From the NCBI GenBank assembly GCA_030141605.1, contig JAQGDQ010000003.1:2852001-2916000 (forward strand): a stretch of DNA of 64,000 nt, written 5' to 3'. Under the pieces are notes generated by a model, which saw only the letters and a program-made list of their open reading frames with translations, ran no database searches and was not told where the DNA came from. Both the position numbers and the translations under genes were made by a program. The stretch is from Tubiluchus corallicola (Eukaryota > Animalia > Priapulida). Below, piece after piece: positions 1-13,559 of this stretch; the stretch's first letter is position 1; every line of letters starts with the position of its first letter.

Positions 1-1739
1 AATGCACATGTTTTTATAAGGTTCAAAAATTTATAGCAAAAGACATCTCACATAACTTCATTATTGAGAATTAAAACTAAATAAAATTAATGAACATATT
101 TCAACTTTTAACAGTTAGATCACTTTGCTTTGCTCCAGTAGAGATCAGCGTTTGGCAATGGAAATGTTATAAAGACTGTTGACAATCTTGCGACTTTTTT
201 GTAGCATTGAATTTTTAAAGAAATTTTTAACTCAAGTGATAATGATTTCAACAAATGATACACCAATCATTGCATTGTGTTTGAATACAGACTTGTGATA
301 CATGCTTATCACACTCTGTAAAATATAACAAGCAAAAAGTTATGTGGATCATATCCTATTAATCATTCATGAAGACCTCAACCTGCCAGTTACCAAGTAG
401 TATATTTGCACACAATGCATAAATCAGTCATGCAATGACCAGCACAACCAAATTCCTGTGTCTAGCACAAAAATTACATTTGTATACATTATTCACATGT
501 CAGTCAATCATTCCCAAACACATTATTGTTGTGAAGAGAAAGAAAATCGGTTCAAAGATGGTGGTTTATCAAAGGCAAAATGAGGCGAGCAGCATACTGT
601 GAGCAAGACTCAGAAATTGTACCTAACTTAAGAGTAGACTTATGCTACTGTGATCTATGTGGTGACTTGTGGTCAACAGGTTTGCAGAATAGAGGTTTGC
701 AGCCCATTATTATACCAATTAACTTTCACAACACGAATGAAACAGCAATTATGACTTTTAAAATTTCTAATAGGGGCAAAAGTGGTTTAGGTCAAATATG
801 ATGCTTTATCTTTTATGTCATTAAGGAGAATAAATTATTCTAGAAATTAAATTTCTAAGTGCTTAATAATTTGAGCAGCTAAACTGCATTCAGTATACAT
901 GATTGAAAAAAATTGCACATAGTGCATAGTACAGCGTAACAGGAAAAAAAAGTTATGTCACTCATAATATTTTACTAAAATTGGTGAAACTTGATATTTA
1001 AGATCCTGCATAAAGCCAACAGGAAATTCCCCATATACAGATTGAGCTATATGCTATAATTCAAGAAGAAGCAGTTTGTTGTCCCATGTAGAAATGCATA
1101 TTGTGCTGATAAAACAAACCTTAGCAAAATGCACCAAACATCTAAAGCAAGACTTACTTTCAACAAGTTTGATAAAAGGTGCTAAAATAATTAAATTATT
1201 TATAAATAAGCACATATTGACTACATGTATCAGAATATTAATAAAGATGGACTATTATTACACAGAAAGATGAAAAACATTATGTGTACAAAAAACTTTG
1301 TTTAGCATTACTTTGGCTAGCGCAAAATCATTAACTCTGTTTAAAATATTTTATTATTTTTTATGAAACTAATAAAGCTAGACATTTGTCTGAGCATGTT
1401 TATAAAGCCAGAAAGCAATGTATGAGAAAAACAAATTCAGAGCTGAGATAGCAGGGTTAAAAATTAAAGCATCATTCAGTACAAAAGTAAAGAACATTAA
1501 TCCTATAGGCTCCACTATAATACACATACCAGCACATGCGTGATCTGCTATTCAGATTTTATTGATAGGCAACATTAATCACGAACGCAAAACAGTGCTT
1601 GATAAGCTACATTAATCAAAACATCAAAACTCACTAAGTAAGCAAAACTTTAATGAGCATTAATAATCTTTCAAACATGAAACCACAAATTGATATGACT
1701 TATGGCATTATGATGTAAAACTGTGATGCACTAACTTAC

Positions 1740-4116
1740 TTGTTCGCTGTCTTTCCAGACTAGATTCCCAGTTGTATTCAGCAAACAGTTCCTTATATGC
1801 CGGATACCTTCCCACATCCTGTGACAAATAACAAAGGTGAGCTTAGACGGACCTAGTCTTAGCATGCTAGTCTAAAGATAGGAAGGCAAAACATCATTAC
1901 AAGCACTTCAATATTTGCAAATTTTGAACCAGGTTAAAGGAAAGGCTACACTTGATTTTTGTGATGAGGCAGTTACATGGATTTTTTTTGGTACAGGTTT
2001 CACAATAATACAACTTATAAGCAAGTGTGACTGTGACACCTTCTTAATGAAGTAAGCTCACTGATTCAATGCACAGGCTAACTTAAGTTGTTACTAATTC
2101 AAGTAACAAAAATCTTTTACTGCAGTCAGTCATGCAGCTAAGTAAAAATAAGCAATTTTTGCAAGATATCTAGTTGTAGCCAATCAATGAGAGAACTCAT
2201 TTTTAGCAGACGGGCATAGCATATTAAACAATGATTAATTATAACATAACTTAGCTTTAAAAAGAAGGAAAACAGGATGATTTTTGTACCATAGCTCATA
2301 CTAATTCACATTTAAATATACATTTTACAGTTCCTGTAATAACTGACACATTGCTTCTTACATTTAAGTACTAGTGTTAAAGCAAATTATGGTCAGCACG
2401 TGAACGTGACTATTGAAAACACACCTGAACTGTTAATACAAGTTCCTTTTCCGATTTGAATATTGCAACTGCTTTACGATGAGTGAGGTTTAGAAAGCTA
2501 TGTCCATTGACATCTAGAATTTGATGACCTTCCCGTAGACCGCGCAGTTCAGCAAGTGTACCAGGGTCTATTCTACAGTAAACATTAAACAAAAACACAG
2601 TTTTAAATATAAAACTGCAGGAATAGAATGACCCAGTGTTTGCTTAGATTCAAATCAAGAACCATGTTTTAAGCATAAGTTTAATAACAGATAGTATACT
2701 CGTAGATCACAGAACAGCAGGACTAGTTTCAATATTGGCACCCAACATTATCTCTGGTTGTGCTAGGATGTGCACTCAAGTCAGAATGGAGATTTATTAT
2801 TCTTTGATAAGTCATCCTAGATTGACTCAGGTATAGACTTGATGGGCTGCTTTAGCTACAAAGCAGAATAATTTGTCTGGCAAAAAGAGTAGTGATGCCT
2901 GCCATTTGTTGCTGTCCAGCAAAGTATAAAAAACCATGTTAATTTACTTATAAACTTTTTCATTAAATTCCTTTACCACAGGCATTTACATCCTGATTTG
3001 AAGTTCAGGAACTAATGTTGTACTATTAAGCATGAAAAAGCCGTAAACTACCCGTTTGCTTAAATGGGTGAAATAGTAGAAGAATACTTCCAAAAACCAC
3101 ACTTACTTTGATATAAAAATGCCTAATCCATACTCGCTTCCACCGCGTATGTGAAAGCCTAGAGTTTGACTCCGGCTAATTGGCGTCAAGTCTATGACCT
3201 TGATCTCACCGTTCAGAGCAGGAGCATCCTTTGTGGAGACTAGAATGAGTTTCTTGTTTTTAGTGTCATACCTGTAAGTAACATTTAGCAAATAAGACTG
3301 TTTACAATAACATCACACAACACAGGTATACTACTATACTCAGGTATAACATTCTGCACGCTGTGGGCCAATACTTTGTAATAAAATGCACATGGTAGGT
3401 TGAACTGAAAATGCATTCTAAACAAATTTTGATCAATTGTAATCAACATTAAAACTAATTTTAGGCTACATCAGAAATGAATTTGTACTATGTAATAAAT
3501 ATAATGTCCATATTATGGAAGACGGTGTTATGAAAGTCTATAACATTTTTAAACTTCGATTAATTACACAGCCTACCATGACATTTGTTCCTTTTGAACT
3601 TTGAATCCAGGTATCATGCCGGTTCCCTTAACAACCATGCGCAGCTTCCTGCATCCTGATATCATTGTTTTCACAGCACTGCTAGCAATACTGTCAAATG
3701 GTACAGAGTTTAGCTCCATGATCTGATCACCTGGTTTCAATCCTGCAGCTTCTACAGAATAAAAATATTATGTGATTTATGTCTTTAATTTCATTATGGT
3801 AATGGTTTTGATTTGATTTTGCGGTAGGATTCACAGCCAAGTGGTTATGTACACCCATATTTCACTAAAATGATTAGTGACCGCTGGTATTCGTTCAGAG
3901 AGGTTTCAGTTGCCATATTGATTCTGGCTCTTTTCCTGGTAAAGGGAAGATGGACATGCCTAAGGCACCTCTGCCAGTCCAGTGGCTCCCCTTAGAGTGA
4001 TGACCCTTGATAATGAGCCAGGATTTGGAATTCGGTCATGCCATAAATATCACATTCAGCTGTCCCGGTTTCCATTGACCTCTGGCTGCTGCTGTTGGAA
4101 ATGAAAAATCCAGCTC

Positions 4117-4161
<45 letters not shown>

Positions 4162-7100
4162 GCAACAAAAACACGGTGGTTCTCTATGGTATGTCACCTG
4201 CGATTGGCTCATCCATAAAAGGCAATCTTTCTCACATGCAGCTACAACTTGGCCTAACCGTGGGAACTCTAATAATTTATGATAATGCGAGGATCTAGAA
4301 AAGCTTTCCAGCAAATTTAAGAATTCGTAGAATTAGTAATATAAGCAAGAAAATGTTTCACCTTACAAGAAAAAACTTTACATTACAAACCCGGTTCTCA
4401 GATCTAAAATCTAGAAGCTGTAACGGACATTACATAAACACCAAATTATGTGATAAGAATTTCATGTCTAAGTATTAAGTGAATAAACAAGGACTTGCAC
4501 CGTAGAAAGATTAGTACTCATACTACTTCATAAACCAACCAACCAAACAGATGCTCCTGAGAAACTACTGAATTCGCATAAATAATGAAGCCAAAGCTGA
4601 AACATTAATAAATCCACCTGCACTAAATAATTAATTAGTAGCTGGGGTCAGGTATAAGAGCCCATATTGTTAATTAGTTTTGTGTTAAACGCAATGCAGA
4701 TCGTAATACATCGGGCGTTACAAGGGCAGAGATTCGCAGTATTGCTGATTAACTTCTACATCTATAAGCAGAAGAGAACGGTACTTAGTGGTACAGCAGC
4801 AGCAGATGTTAATTGTTTCCACACATTTCAGATGGTTGAAGCACTTTTCACGGGCCTGGGATATTCGATAACAAGTCTAATGGTCATAACGACGAATTCC
4901 ATGCCTAAACGATCACAGAATGCCGCCTGATAAATTGGATGATGGTCACCCGTATAGCTTTATTGCAGATGAAAAACAAGATTTACAAACAATGTCAATG
5001 GAAAAATGCCTGACATTATCCGATTCGTGGCGTCACATAGCGGAAATATGTTCGACAAAGGAACTGCCTCCCCAACGAGTTTTGGGCCCATTTACCGTAA
5101 CCCGTTAGTTGTCACATTAGAATAAATGCGAACGCCACTTTTATGACAAAATAAATATGATTTCACCAAACACTGATTGGCATAAAGCAGACAGCATAAA
5201 TTTAATATAATCGGGTGGCAGATTTGAGTGAATAAAGGGCGAGTTCAACCAATTCAATTTTAATCTGACAGGATATACGCGCGAGATGTTTTACGATAGA
5301 CGGATAACAACGCCAAATATTTTATCATTTAGCAATAAATTAATATTGCAATCTCTTGCTGGAACTTTGAAAGGGTCGGGTCACTCATTTTTGCTGTTTA
5401 GGAATGCAGGTCGGATAAACTCTGGAAAATGTACGACAGCAGTTTACATGGCCATAAGGTTACTCATTAAAAAGCTTACTTTTTTTTCTAAAAAGCGATA
5501 ATTATTACTGAAAGATAAGTAGCTGGTCCTAGAAAAAAATCTTACCTTCTAAATCTTCATTTTTGTGGGATTATTGCCCAATTTTGCCATTTCTTTGACA
5601 AATAACAGATTTTGGATGAATAATTGGTGGTTTACATTATGTTATAAGGTTATCTTCATAATAGAACCCAACGGGTATTTTTTAATTGCAAAAAATTGGC
5701 AGAAGGTTATAGCGCTGTAAGCTTACTGACTTACCATAATTATGCCGACATGTATTTAGCGTTTGCAACGTGTGCTTGACTAATTAAATACTGTATTCTA
5801 AATCTATCTAACAATAAATTCGCTGGATGCACAGCTTCAACGACAACACTATTTCGGCGATCTATATGCAACAAATGAAAAGAAAGGTCTCGAACATGTG
5901 GTATTTCCCCACGCGGAGGGGAACGCGGGCGAAAAACCTCTAAAAATAGTCATTTTTCGCCTCTTTCTTCTGCAAAACTTATACTCCTTAATTTGAAAGA
6001 AAGGAAACTCTGGAAGTTCGAAATTCAAACGAAAAAGCAAAAACGCCCTGGCGGCAGCTGGTGCGAGTTTTGGAGGGAAATATAACTCTATGGAAAGATG
6101 TGGAACTGGGTTGCCTACTCGACGATGTGAGTCTATTTTTCGACAGCTTCCATCAAAGCTCAAAAGAACGTGATAATTCCTATTTTTGCGATTTTCTCGC
6201 TGGGAAATGTGCAAGTGCGTGGCGATGTGCCGTAGAGTGGGTGGTGCTGTGCGGTGATCTCGTATTTTTGTGACGCATCATACTTCTTTTATACCTAGCG
6301 CTACAAATCACAAATAAAGCTCTAGTTCACAGCGTCACAATAAATCACTTTTATAGCACAGAAACAGAACAGTTAATTTACTACTATAAGCTTTGACGGC
6401 AACTAAACTGAGTTAATTAAGTTGTTGTAGTGACTGAGTGCGTATCAAAATGACTAAATACAATAAATAAATTGTGTTAAACCACTGAAAGATTAATTAC
6501 TTAATATCACGCTCTCAGCCTTTCAAACTTTTGTCTACATTTATCTAATCAAAAAGCTAAATACCTTAAATAGTTCTCACACCAGTTCAACGCCCCAATT
6601 AGGAAGTTAGAAAACAAGTGGGGTTGTGCTGTATCTCGTTTTCAACCGTAATATTGTAATACAATTTGACAATGATACATGACATATCACACAAAACTTG
6701 CGTAATGATGTTATAACAAGCTGCGTTCACAAAACAACTTCCAAACAATTCACAGACTAGGGCGCGCATAAAGTACCTGAATACGAAACCTGATTCATTC
6801 GATATCAAGAGCACAGTGTAGTAATGAGTGTAAAGGGTTTAAGAATTACATTCATTACTACACTGGGCCCAGAGTGTTGACGAAGCATAAAAATACGGCA
6901 TTTGCTATTCAGAGAACGTATGATCGCGCTATCTAGTCCTGACAGAATTTTAACTCAGCAGCTCTGTTTGCAATCTACCAAGCGCCAACTAACTTTTCAT
7001 GAGCTTTAATTTTAAGTTTATCGAACAAATATGCAATATGTCAAAGTAGAGGTAGTACATGTATTACAAAGTAATTTATATTAAATAATTTAAGTATTGC

Positions 7101-10100
7101 TTGAGGGTTTATATCCTCACATTTCGCTAAATGATACATGTAGTTTACTTTATTTGCCGAATGGTACTTACAAAAATAGCCTAATCTTGTTTTGTTTTAT
7201 ATACAAGATTGATGCGCCAATGTTGGAAAAAAGTTTTTGAAGTTATTTCTTTATAATTTATTTACTTAGAAAACGTCATTAACATGGCATTTGTTACTAA
7301 TATTTTGACACTGAGATGTTTATTTACTATACAGCCTCATTATGATAATGATGACTGGAACTTCAAACTCTACTTTAAAATATGCCTGACAAGCAAACAT
7401 TGATTTTGCAGTTGAGAATTTTAATTAGATACTTGAAAAACATTCCACGAACATTTCATGACAACTGACGAGCAATGTAAACTGTGGGGTGATTTGCTAA
7501 TGGGGAACTTTTATGTTACAGAAAAAAATGTTTATTTCCATATTTAACAGATTTTATTTTTTTGCACAATAGCAACTCATTTAGAAATTTATGCAACCAA
7601 AATATTTTTGGTGTATTAACAGAGCTGTCAAATAAGTTGTCATAACATTAGGTGCAGTCAAAGTTAAACTTCAACATTTAATCAAATTAGCATTTACGTA
7701 TTTCTAGCTGACATTTATTGCTGCATTTTTAGAGATGCGTGAGCTTCCAATAGTTCAACGGTAATTGACAAAACAGTGCTCTGATATTTAATGCATGTGG
7801 TATATTATGGGGTGGGAGAATAGCTGGGTGGTCTTGGTGTGTACTTAGCAACTAAAGTTAAGCAAGCTGGATGGTCTTGGTGTGTACTTAGTAACAAAGT
7901 TAAGCAAAGTTAAACCTGGCGTAAAAATTGATGGAGACTCATTCCTGCAAAACTGCCTCAGTGTGGAATCATCTATCATACATGTACTATAGCTATTTAC
8001 CTCGCCAAGGGAGACGCACAAGACTTTTTTAATTATTATCAGCGACACTCAGTACAACGTGGCTAAGACATGGCGTAAATGAAATTAAGACACCTCTGCC
8101 AGATCAGTGTTGGCGTGTATGAAATCAAGACACCTCTGCCAGATCAGTGTCTCATTAAAATATGATTTTTGATGATGAATTACGTCCTGCTTTGTAGGGC
8201 ATTATGCAATATCAGAAAGGCTTCTATTGTCAAGAAAAAAGAAATATAAACTTATTTCTGGTTAAAGACAATTTACTTGCTATTTTTTATTATACTTTAA
8301 ACTAAAAACATTACATTAAAATATTAGAATTCATTTGCTAATTGACCATTCAGCAAAAAATACACCATTCAGGAGGAGCACACAAAAAAGTTCAAAGTTG
8401 TAAGGCGCTCTTGGTTTCTATACATATACATATCAGAAGCCGCACCTTAGTGAAGTACTGCTTTGCGATGTGTATACCAGTAGATCAATAGATGTATTCT
8501 TCCCCTTACCACTCTAATTCTCAGGTACAAGCTAATTCGTAAGTGCGCTTAGATCAATAACACGTGCATTAAAGCATGCCATTGCACAAAGGTTCCTACA
8601 GCAGAAATCAGCTTAAATGCCAGTCATGGTATTAATTATTTTACAATGTGGTTTTGATAATACGGGCTTATGAGTATTGGTATTGTTTCGTAGCGAATTC
8701 TTTAGTAGTAGCTAGTGTAGTATAGATGCATACAGCTTGCACTATATACGGATAGTACTATTAATACATACGTAGTAAAGCATTAGCAACTACGTGTATA
8801 AATTTTCGCAAATAAGTGTAATGTACAAGCCAAGAAATTTTAGGAATGAGAAAGGTTTCACAAGAAACTAGCAATATCACATGGTTTTGACACCCATTCT
8901 ACAAACCTTTTTCTGGTAAATCCTAAAGACAAAACCTAACAAACCCTTAAAACAACGTGAATGATGCAATACAAATGCATGTGCCAAGGTAGACTAGGAG
9001 TACCTTAGTTTAGTCCAGTCTAGAGAATTTACTACACATTTTACAGTTAAATCTTGTGCACTTACCAGCTGGACTACCCTTGTCCACCTCGCTGACAAAT
9101 ATGCCTATTCCATGGTCGGCTCCACCGCGTATACTAAATCCAAGCGGACGACCAGTAGAGTTATTCAGCACTACCATGCGATACGTGTTATCCCCTCTGT
9201 ACTGCAAATCTGTAACAAAATATAAACACTCAATAAAATTTGCCAAACTTTTTGCTGGTTGCATAATTCTGAGCGAGTTTCAGGGGTATGTACAGTTGAA
9301 CCACCTGTTCCTGAAGTAAGAATGTTGCAGGTTTATTCAGCCAATCAAATGATTAATATACTTGCAGCTCTATAATTATAATAGACATATGTATAGTCAT
9401 TACGGGCAGTTAATAATTAATAAAAGTAAGAGCATCCAGTTGCAGGTATTCCTTAGATGCATTGCTGAGGGTAAAATACATATAGAGTAGTGTTTAATCA
9501 AAGAATGTGGAACATGCATGCATATATTATTATTATTATTATATAGCACAGTAATTTTTTGACAAGCGTAAATTTGTTTGACCTCAGCGACATTTCTACA
9601 ATTTTAGAAAAGATCACCCGTTTCCGAAAATGATTTTTATGGTCGTTGTCAAATGTTAGTACATAAAAAGTTTCTCACGTCACAAAATGCGCAACAGTAA
9701 CTCGTGTACAGAAATGAAATGCGTCTGTATTTAAATATCTGAGGTTGAAGTTGTGACTACGTGAAAATCAAAACATGAGTAACCACGTGCTGATAAAGGT
9801 CACAGGAAAGTGAGGAAATTGATGTCTTAACCTATCACATGCACAGATAAGACATTCTAAAAATGTCAGCTATTATCAGTGTATGGTCATGATTCACTAG
9901 GACTGAACATTTATCACTGCTATATATTAACATTGTTACAGCGATGAGTCACAGACAAGTTCAAATTATCTATAAAGAAAAATTCTTAAATAAGATGACT
10001 GTTTCTTTATTCGTAACGAAATAGAGCTGGCTATCAAATTAAAAAAATAGAAGCTCGTATTGTTACACAAAAGCTCAATTAAACCTGTTGTTATCTACAT

Positions 10101-11143
10101 ATTGCAATGAAAGGCCACTTAGCCAAGAAATTTTGTAAAAGAATATCTGTGTTACATACGATAATCCTTGACTTCTTATGAACATTTATATGGTATAATG
10201 GCTACCACACCTTTCAAAAGCGAAAGTCATAGCTCCAGGTAAAGCTATTATCTACCAATCGTAAATATGCCCAGCATTTTTATAGTAGTTAGCGCACCTA
10301 CAATAACATATAACGGAGGGATTTTTGGACACTCAGGTTTTCTAGCATAGCCTGAGGAAAAAGTTACTGACCATCTTATAAATGCAACACATTGAGCACT
10401 TGTTCCACATATACATGTATGTATAACGAAAATTTTGAGCAGGTAATTGCTTGAATTTAAAAAAAACTTTAAAAAACTTGATTTTTACCTGACCCAATAA
10501 CCCAAAATTGTAATTTGTACAGTTCTAAAGTCAAAATAAGGTGTAACGTGATTCAACGTTCGAGGAACATACCTATTATTACAGGATACAGTCAATCAAA
10601 AACAAGAGTGGTAAAGTTTCATGGTCTTCGTGGGTCCAAGTCATCCCTAACAGACAAGTTCCAAATCCAGTCTGGAACTGAGGAAATGTTCTTTATGGAA
10701 AATGGCCATTTACCCAAGGTGCCAGGTGACTTGTTTGAGCTGAATAAGTGTATTCTTAAAGATTACTTAATACGGTTTTTTGCTACAGTTAATATATGTA
10801 CATATAACTTACCAGTGCTAGTGGGAACCGTATCAACTGGAGCAAAGTCTTTGGGAGAGGGTAGCATCATAGGGTGCGCCATACTCGCATATGGTGCCAG
10901 CTGATCAAACTCCCTCAAGTGAGCAAATGGTACCAAATTTCGAAGTTCACGCAGTAAATCCAACTTCTCCGGGGTGTCCAGAATCGTCACCAAATCCGAG
11001 ATGAGCATATCAATTCGACGGTTGCCATGGTACTGCTTCAAAGCCTGATGAAGAAGATTTCTCTCAGTGCTGCTAAGAAGCTGATGAGCTTTGCGGTAGA
11101 ACTGTTTCAGGTAACTCTTTTTCTCGTCCACCGTGGTACTCAT
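1740..11143 (-). CDS. PDZD7: PDZD7/whirlin-family multi-PDZ scaffold protein, 5' part (HHD + PDZ1 + PDZ2); continues beyond the left edge
   Basis: Coding exons in transcript order, all GT-AG and phase-consistent: 10813-11143 (MSTTVDEKKSYLKQFYRKAHQLLSSTER...LVTILDTPEKLDLLRELRNLVPFAHLREFDQL, harmonin-N-like), 9066-9209 (GFSIRGGADHGIGIFVSEVDKGSPA), 3577-3751 (EAAGLKPGDQIMELNSVPF...GMIPGFKVQKEQMSW), 3107-3271 (LGFHIRGGSEYGLGIFISK), 2425-2572 (IDPGTLAELRGLREGHQILDVNG), 1740-1818 (DVGRYPAYKELFAEY). PDZD7 rather than WHRN rests on recalled post-PDZ hairpin motifs, so the family is more certain than the symbol. Confidence 0.88.
4119..4158. repeat. (TA)n microsatellite
   Basis: Read directly from the sequence. 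Confidence 0.95.
6814..6865. other. 20-bp inverted repeat forming a pre-miRNA-sized hairpin
   Basis: cagtgtagtaatgagtgtaa (6814-6833) pairs with ttacattcattactacactg (6846-6865) at 19/20 Watson-Crick positions plus one G:U on the + strand, with a 12-nt loop. Confidence 0.7.
7822..8150. repeat. Two short tandem duplications (about 43 bp at 7822-7908 and 40 bp at 8071-8150)
   Basis: tggtcttggtgtgtacttag...aaagttaagcaa occurs twice, and aagacacctctgccagatcagtgt occurs twice. Confidence 0.85.
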
Positions 11144-13559
11144 GTTGGTTTACATCGTATTATGTTAATTTCTGAAAAAACAAAACCCCACTTTAGGAAT
11201 TTGGCGACTTTTCAAATTTAATGCTCATCTATTATAGCTCTATCCAGTCTAAATGACTATTTATGTTTCATCTTTAGTCCCAGAAAAAACAGTATTTCAC
11301 ACTAGTCCTATTTACTTATAAATCGGACTACTAACAGAACTATCAACCATATATAGGTTATAGCACTGAATTGTATGTTGCCCGACTTGGCTACTTGGCC
11401 GCTAGACAGCAAATCTGTAGCTGAAACTTGTAATCAGATCAGAGTTTTCAGCTATGTAGAATCAGACAGACTGGCAGACAGAGGCATGTAGTGCCATTGC
11501 AAAACTCAAAGAATGTTTTCACATATTTTGCGTTTATAGCAGTGCTACACAAGATTAGATATATCAGCCATGGGGTCTGATGAAACGCTTGATCCAGGAT
11601 TAGGTGATTTATACGCACCGCCGCCTAGAAACTCGGCATAAGTTAGCGTTATACAGTCAAGCAGCAGCTATACGAGTCTACATCATCTGCATTTAATTCA
11701 GCTTTATCAAAAAATGGTGTTTAATGTCAAATGTCAACCATTCAATGCTAATGCTAAACCCATATCACCTTCTTTTAGAAAATTCAAAAAATTTTGGCCC
11801 ACAAGCGCTCATACTGGTTATCGCTTAGGAACTAAAGAACAGTTGAAAATGAATAGCTAAATCATCTAACCATTTGAAGTCTTGTGTCCAAGACCTTAAA
11901 TGCACGACCCATGGAATAGCGACAAAAGCATGTCGAAAGCATAAAAACTCAGACAATCTGCGACAATGACAAACCACCTTAGTTGAAGTTTTGAAACCCA
12001 CAAAACAAGAAATGAATGGATGCTTAAAACCAAATAAAGGAAAGTATTTGTAAGACTAGATTCACAAAGGAAACAAAATTTAGTCATTTAGCAGTGCTTT
12101 AACATGAATTATTAGAAGTTCATTTTGTTTACATAATCTTGGAAAGCTTTCGCCTCATATGACATTCAACGTTTTTTTTCCGTACATCATGTAATGTGAC
12201 AAATCTGACAAAGTCTTACTGTAGACTAAAAAGAATCTGTTGCTGTGAGAATTTTGAATTTTTTCACTAGTCTTTCTTGTAAAATAGCAAGCGGAAATTT
12301 TTTTGACAAATCATAGTACTGAACTACAACTAATGAGACAATAATGGTTATCATACACGATTTTTATAGGTGACAGTCAAAATAAACCCGGTAATGACCG
12401 TGTAATGGGTGCAGCACGCGGAAACGAATAAACACATCTTCTAGACATTCTTGACACAAATTGTAGACTAGAAAATAAACATAGGCCTCGGGCGGGGTTA
12501 GTGGTGAGAGCGGTCTACTCAGGTGGCATAAATCATATCTCACATGCATTCCGATCCATCTCAGTTATTTATGTTTTAGCAATTTTCAGGTTATGGTTAA
12601 CACGAAAACACGGATGCAGAAAAATAGAATGGCGGTAAATTCTGATAACATCATATCTGTTGATGTTCTTAAAGCAAGTGAGGTTACAGTCAGCAACAAT
12701 TTTTGCCAAAGAATTCCACAGATAAGATGCCCATGGAAAACCGCATTTGTAAGTAGTTTTTTGTACATATGACTGTTAAGATAAAAAGTCAAAGTAATCA
12801 ACGAAAAGAGATCTCAGCATATTCTATAAAAGTAGTAATTAAAGAGTCTTAATATGCTAACAGACATTCGATGAGCAAAGCATTGCAGGACGAGTCCATT
12901 AAGACAGGAAGAAAATATCAGCCGCAGTTCAAAAGCAATTTCAGATACATTCAGTACAGGTGAAATGCTTCTGATAGAGAGTTTTCTATTTTGCTAAGGG
13001 ACTTCTGAAGCCGTATTATACACAGAATAGTATCATATGCTCAGATAGCATGCCTAGATAGCATAGGGTCTGGTAGATTACTGATGAAAAGTGAAAAAAG
13101 GAGCTGTCACAGACACACGAGGAGCCTGCATTCATTTCATAAATATAAACTACCCTTTAGCAAGAAGGCCGGTATTGTTCAAAAACAAAGTAAATGCTAT
13201 GCTCATTCGTATGAGCTGATGCAGCGATTGGATAGTCTGGCCAAAACAGAAATGTCCAACACAGTCTAAGCAGACAACAGATGAAATTTCATCATGAAGC
13301 CTTCCTTAGTTCTGGGTTCACACGATGTGAGCAAGTATGGTACAGAGATTGGACTATGGGGTTTGAGTGGAAATAACGAAAGTTGGCGCCTAACATTTTA
13401 GATTTTCGCTAAAATGTTCAGCAAGCAGGTAAATATTGTCATTTGAACAAATGAAGACATATAAACGCCAGATCTGCCAAACAGGAGGATGCGAATTTAA
13501 AGGAAACAAAGGAAGGACTAAATTAAAGTTTGTGTCAAAAATCTTCAGAATCTAAGCGT

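Noticed and set aside
1331-1460. TTAA-flanked piggyBac-like mini elements (also 29845-29972)
   Set aside because: Inverted repeats of only 5-6 imperfect bases can arise by chance in AT-rich DNA.
10515-10904. 129-aa plus-strand ORF and other short ORFs antisense to exons or inside introns
   Set aside because: They overlap real minus-strand exons or AT-rich introns, many start at non-ATG codons, and none shows recognisable domains or splice structure.
11575-11600. CTGATGA hammerhead-like cores here and at about 13081, 15975 and 36515
   Set aside because: None has a stem II followed by GAAA and a closing stem III.
12483-12560. tRNA/SINE-like A-box (ggttagtggtgagagcg)
   Set aside because: No B-box (GTTCRA) and no cloverleaf can be formed.
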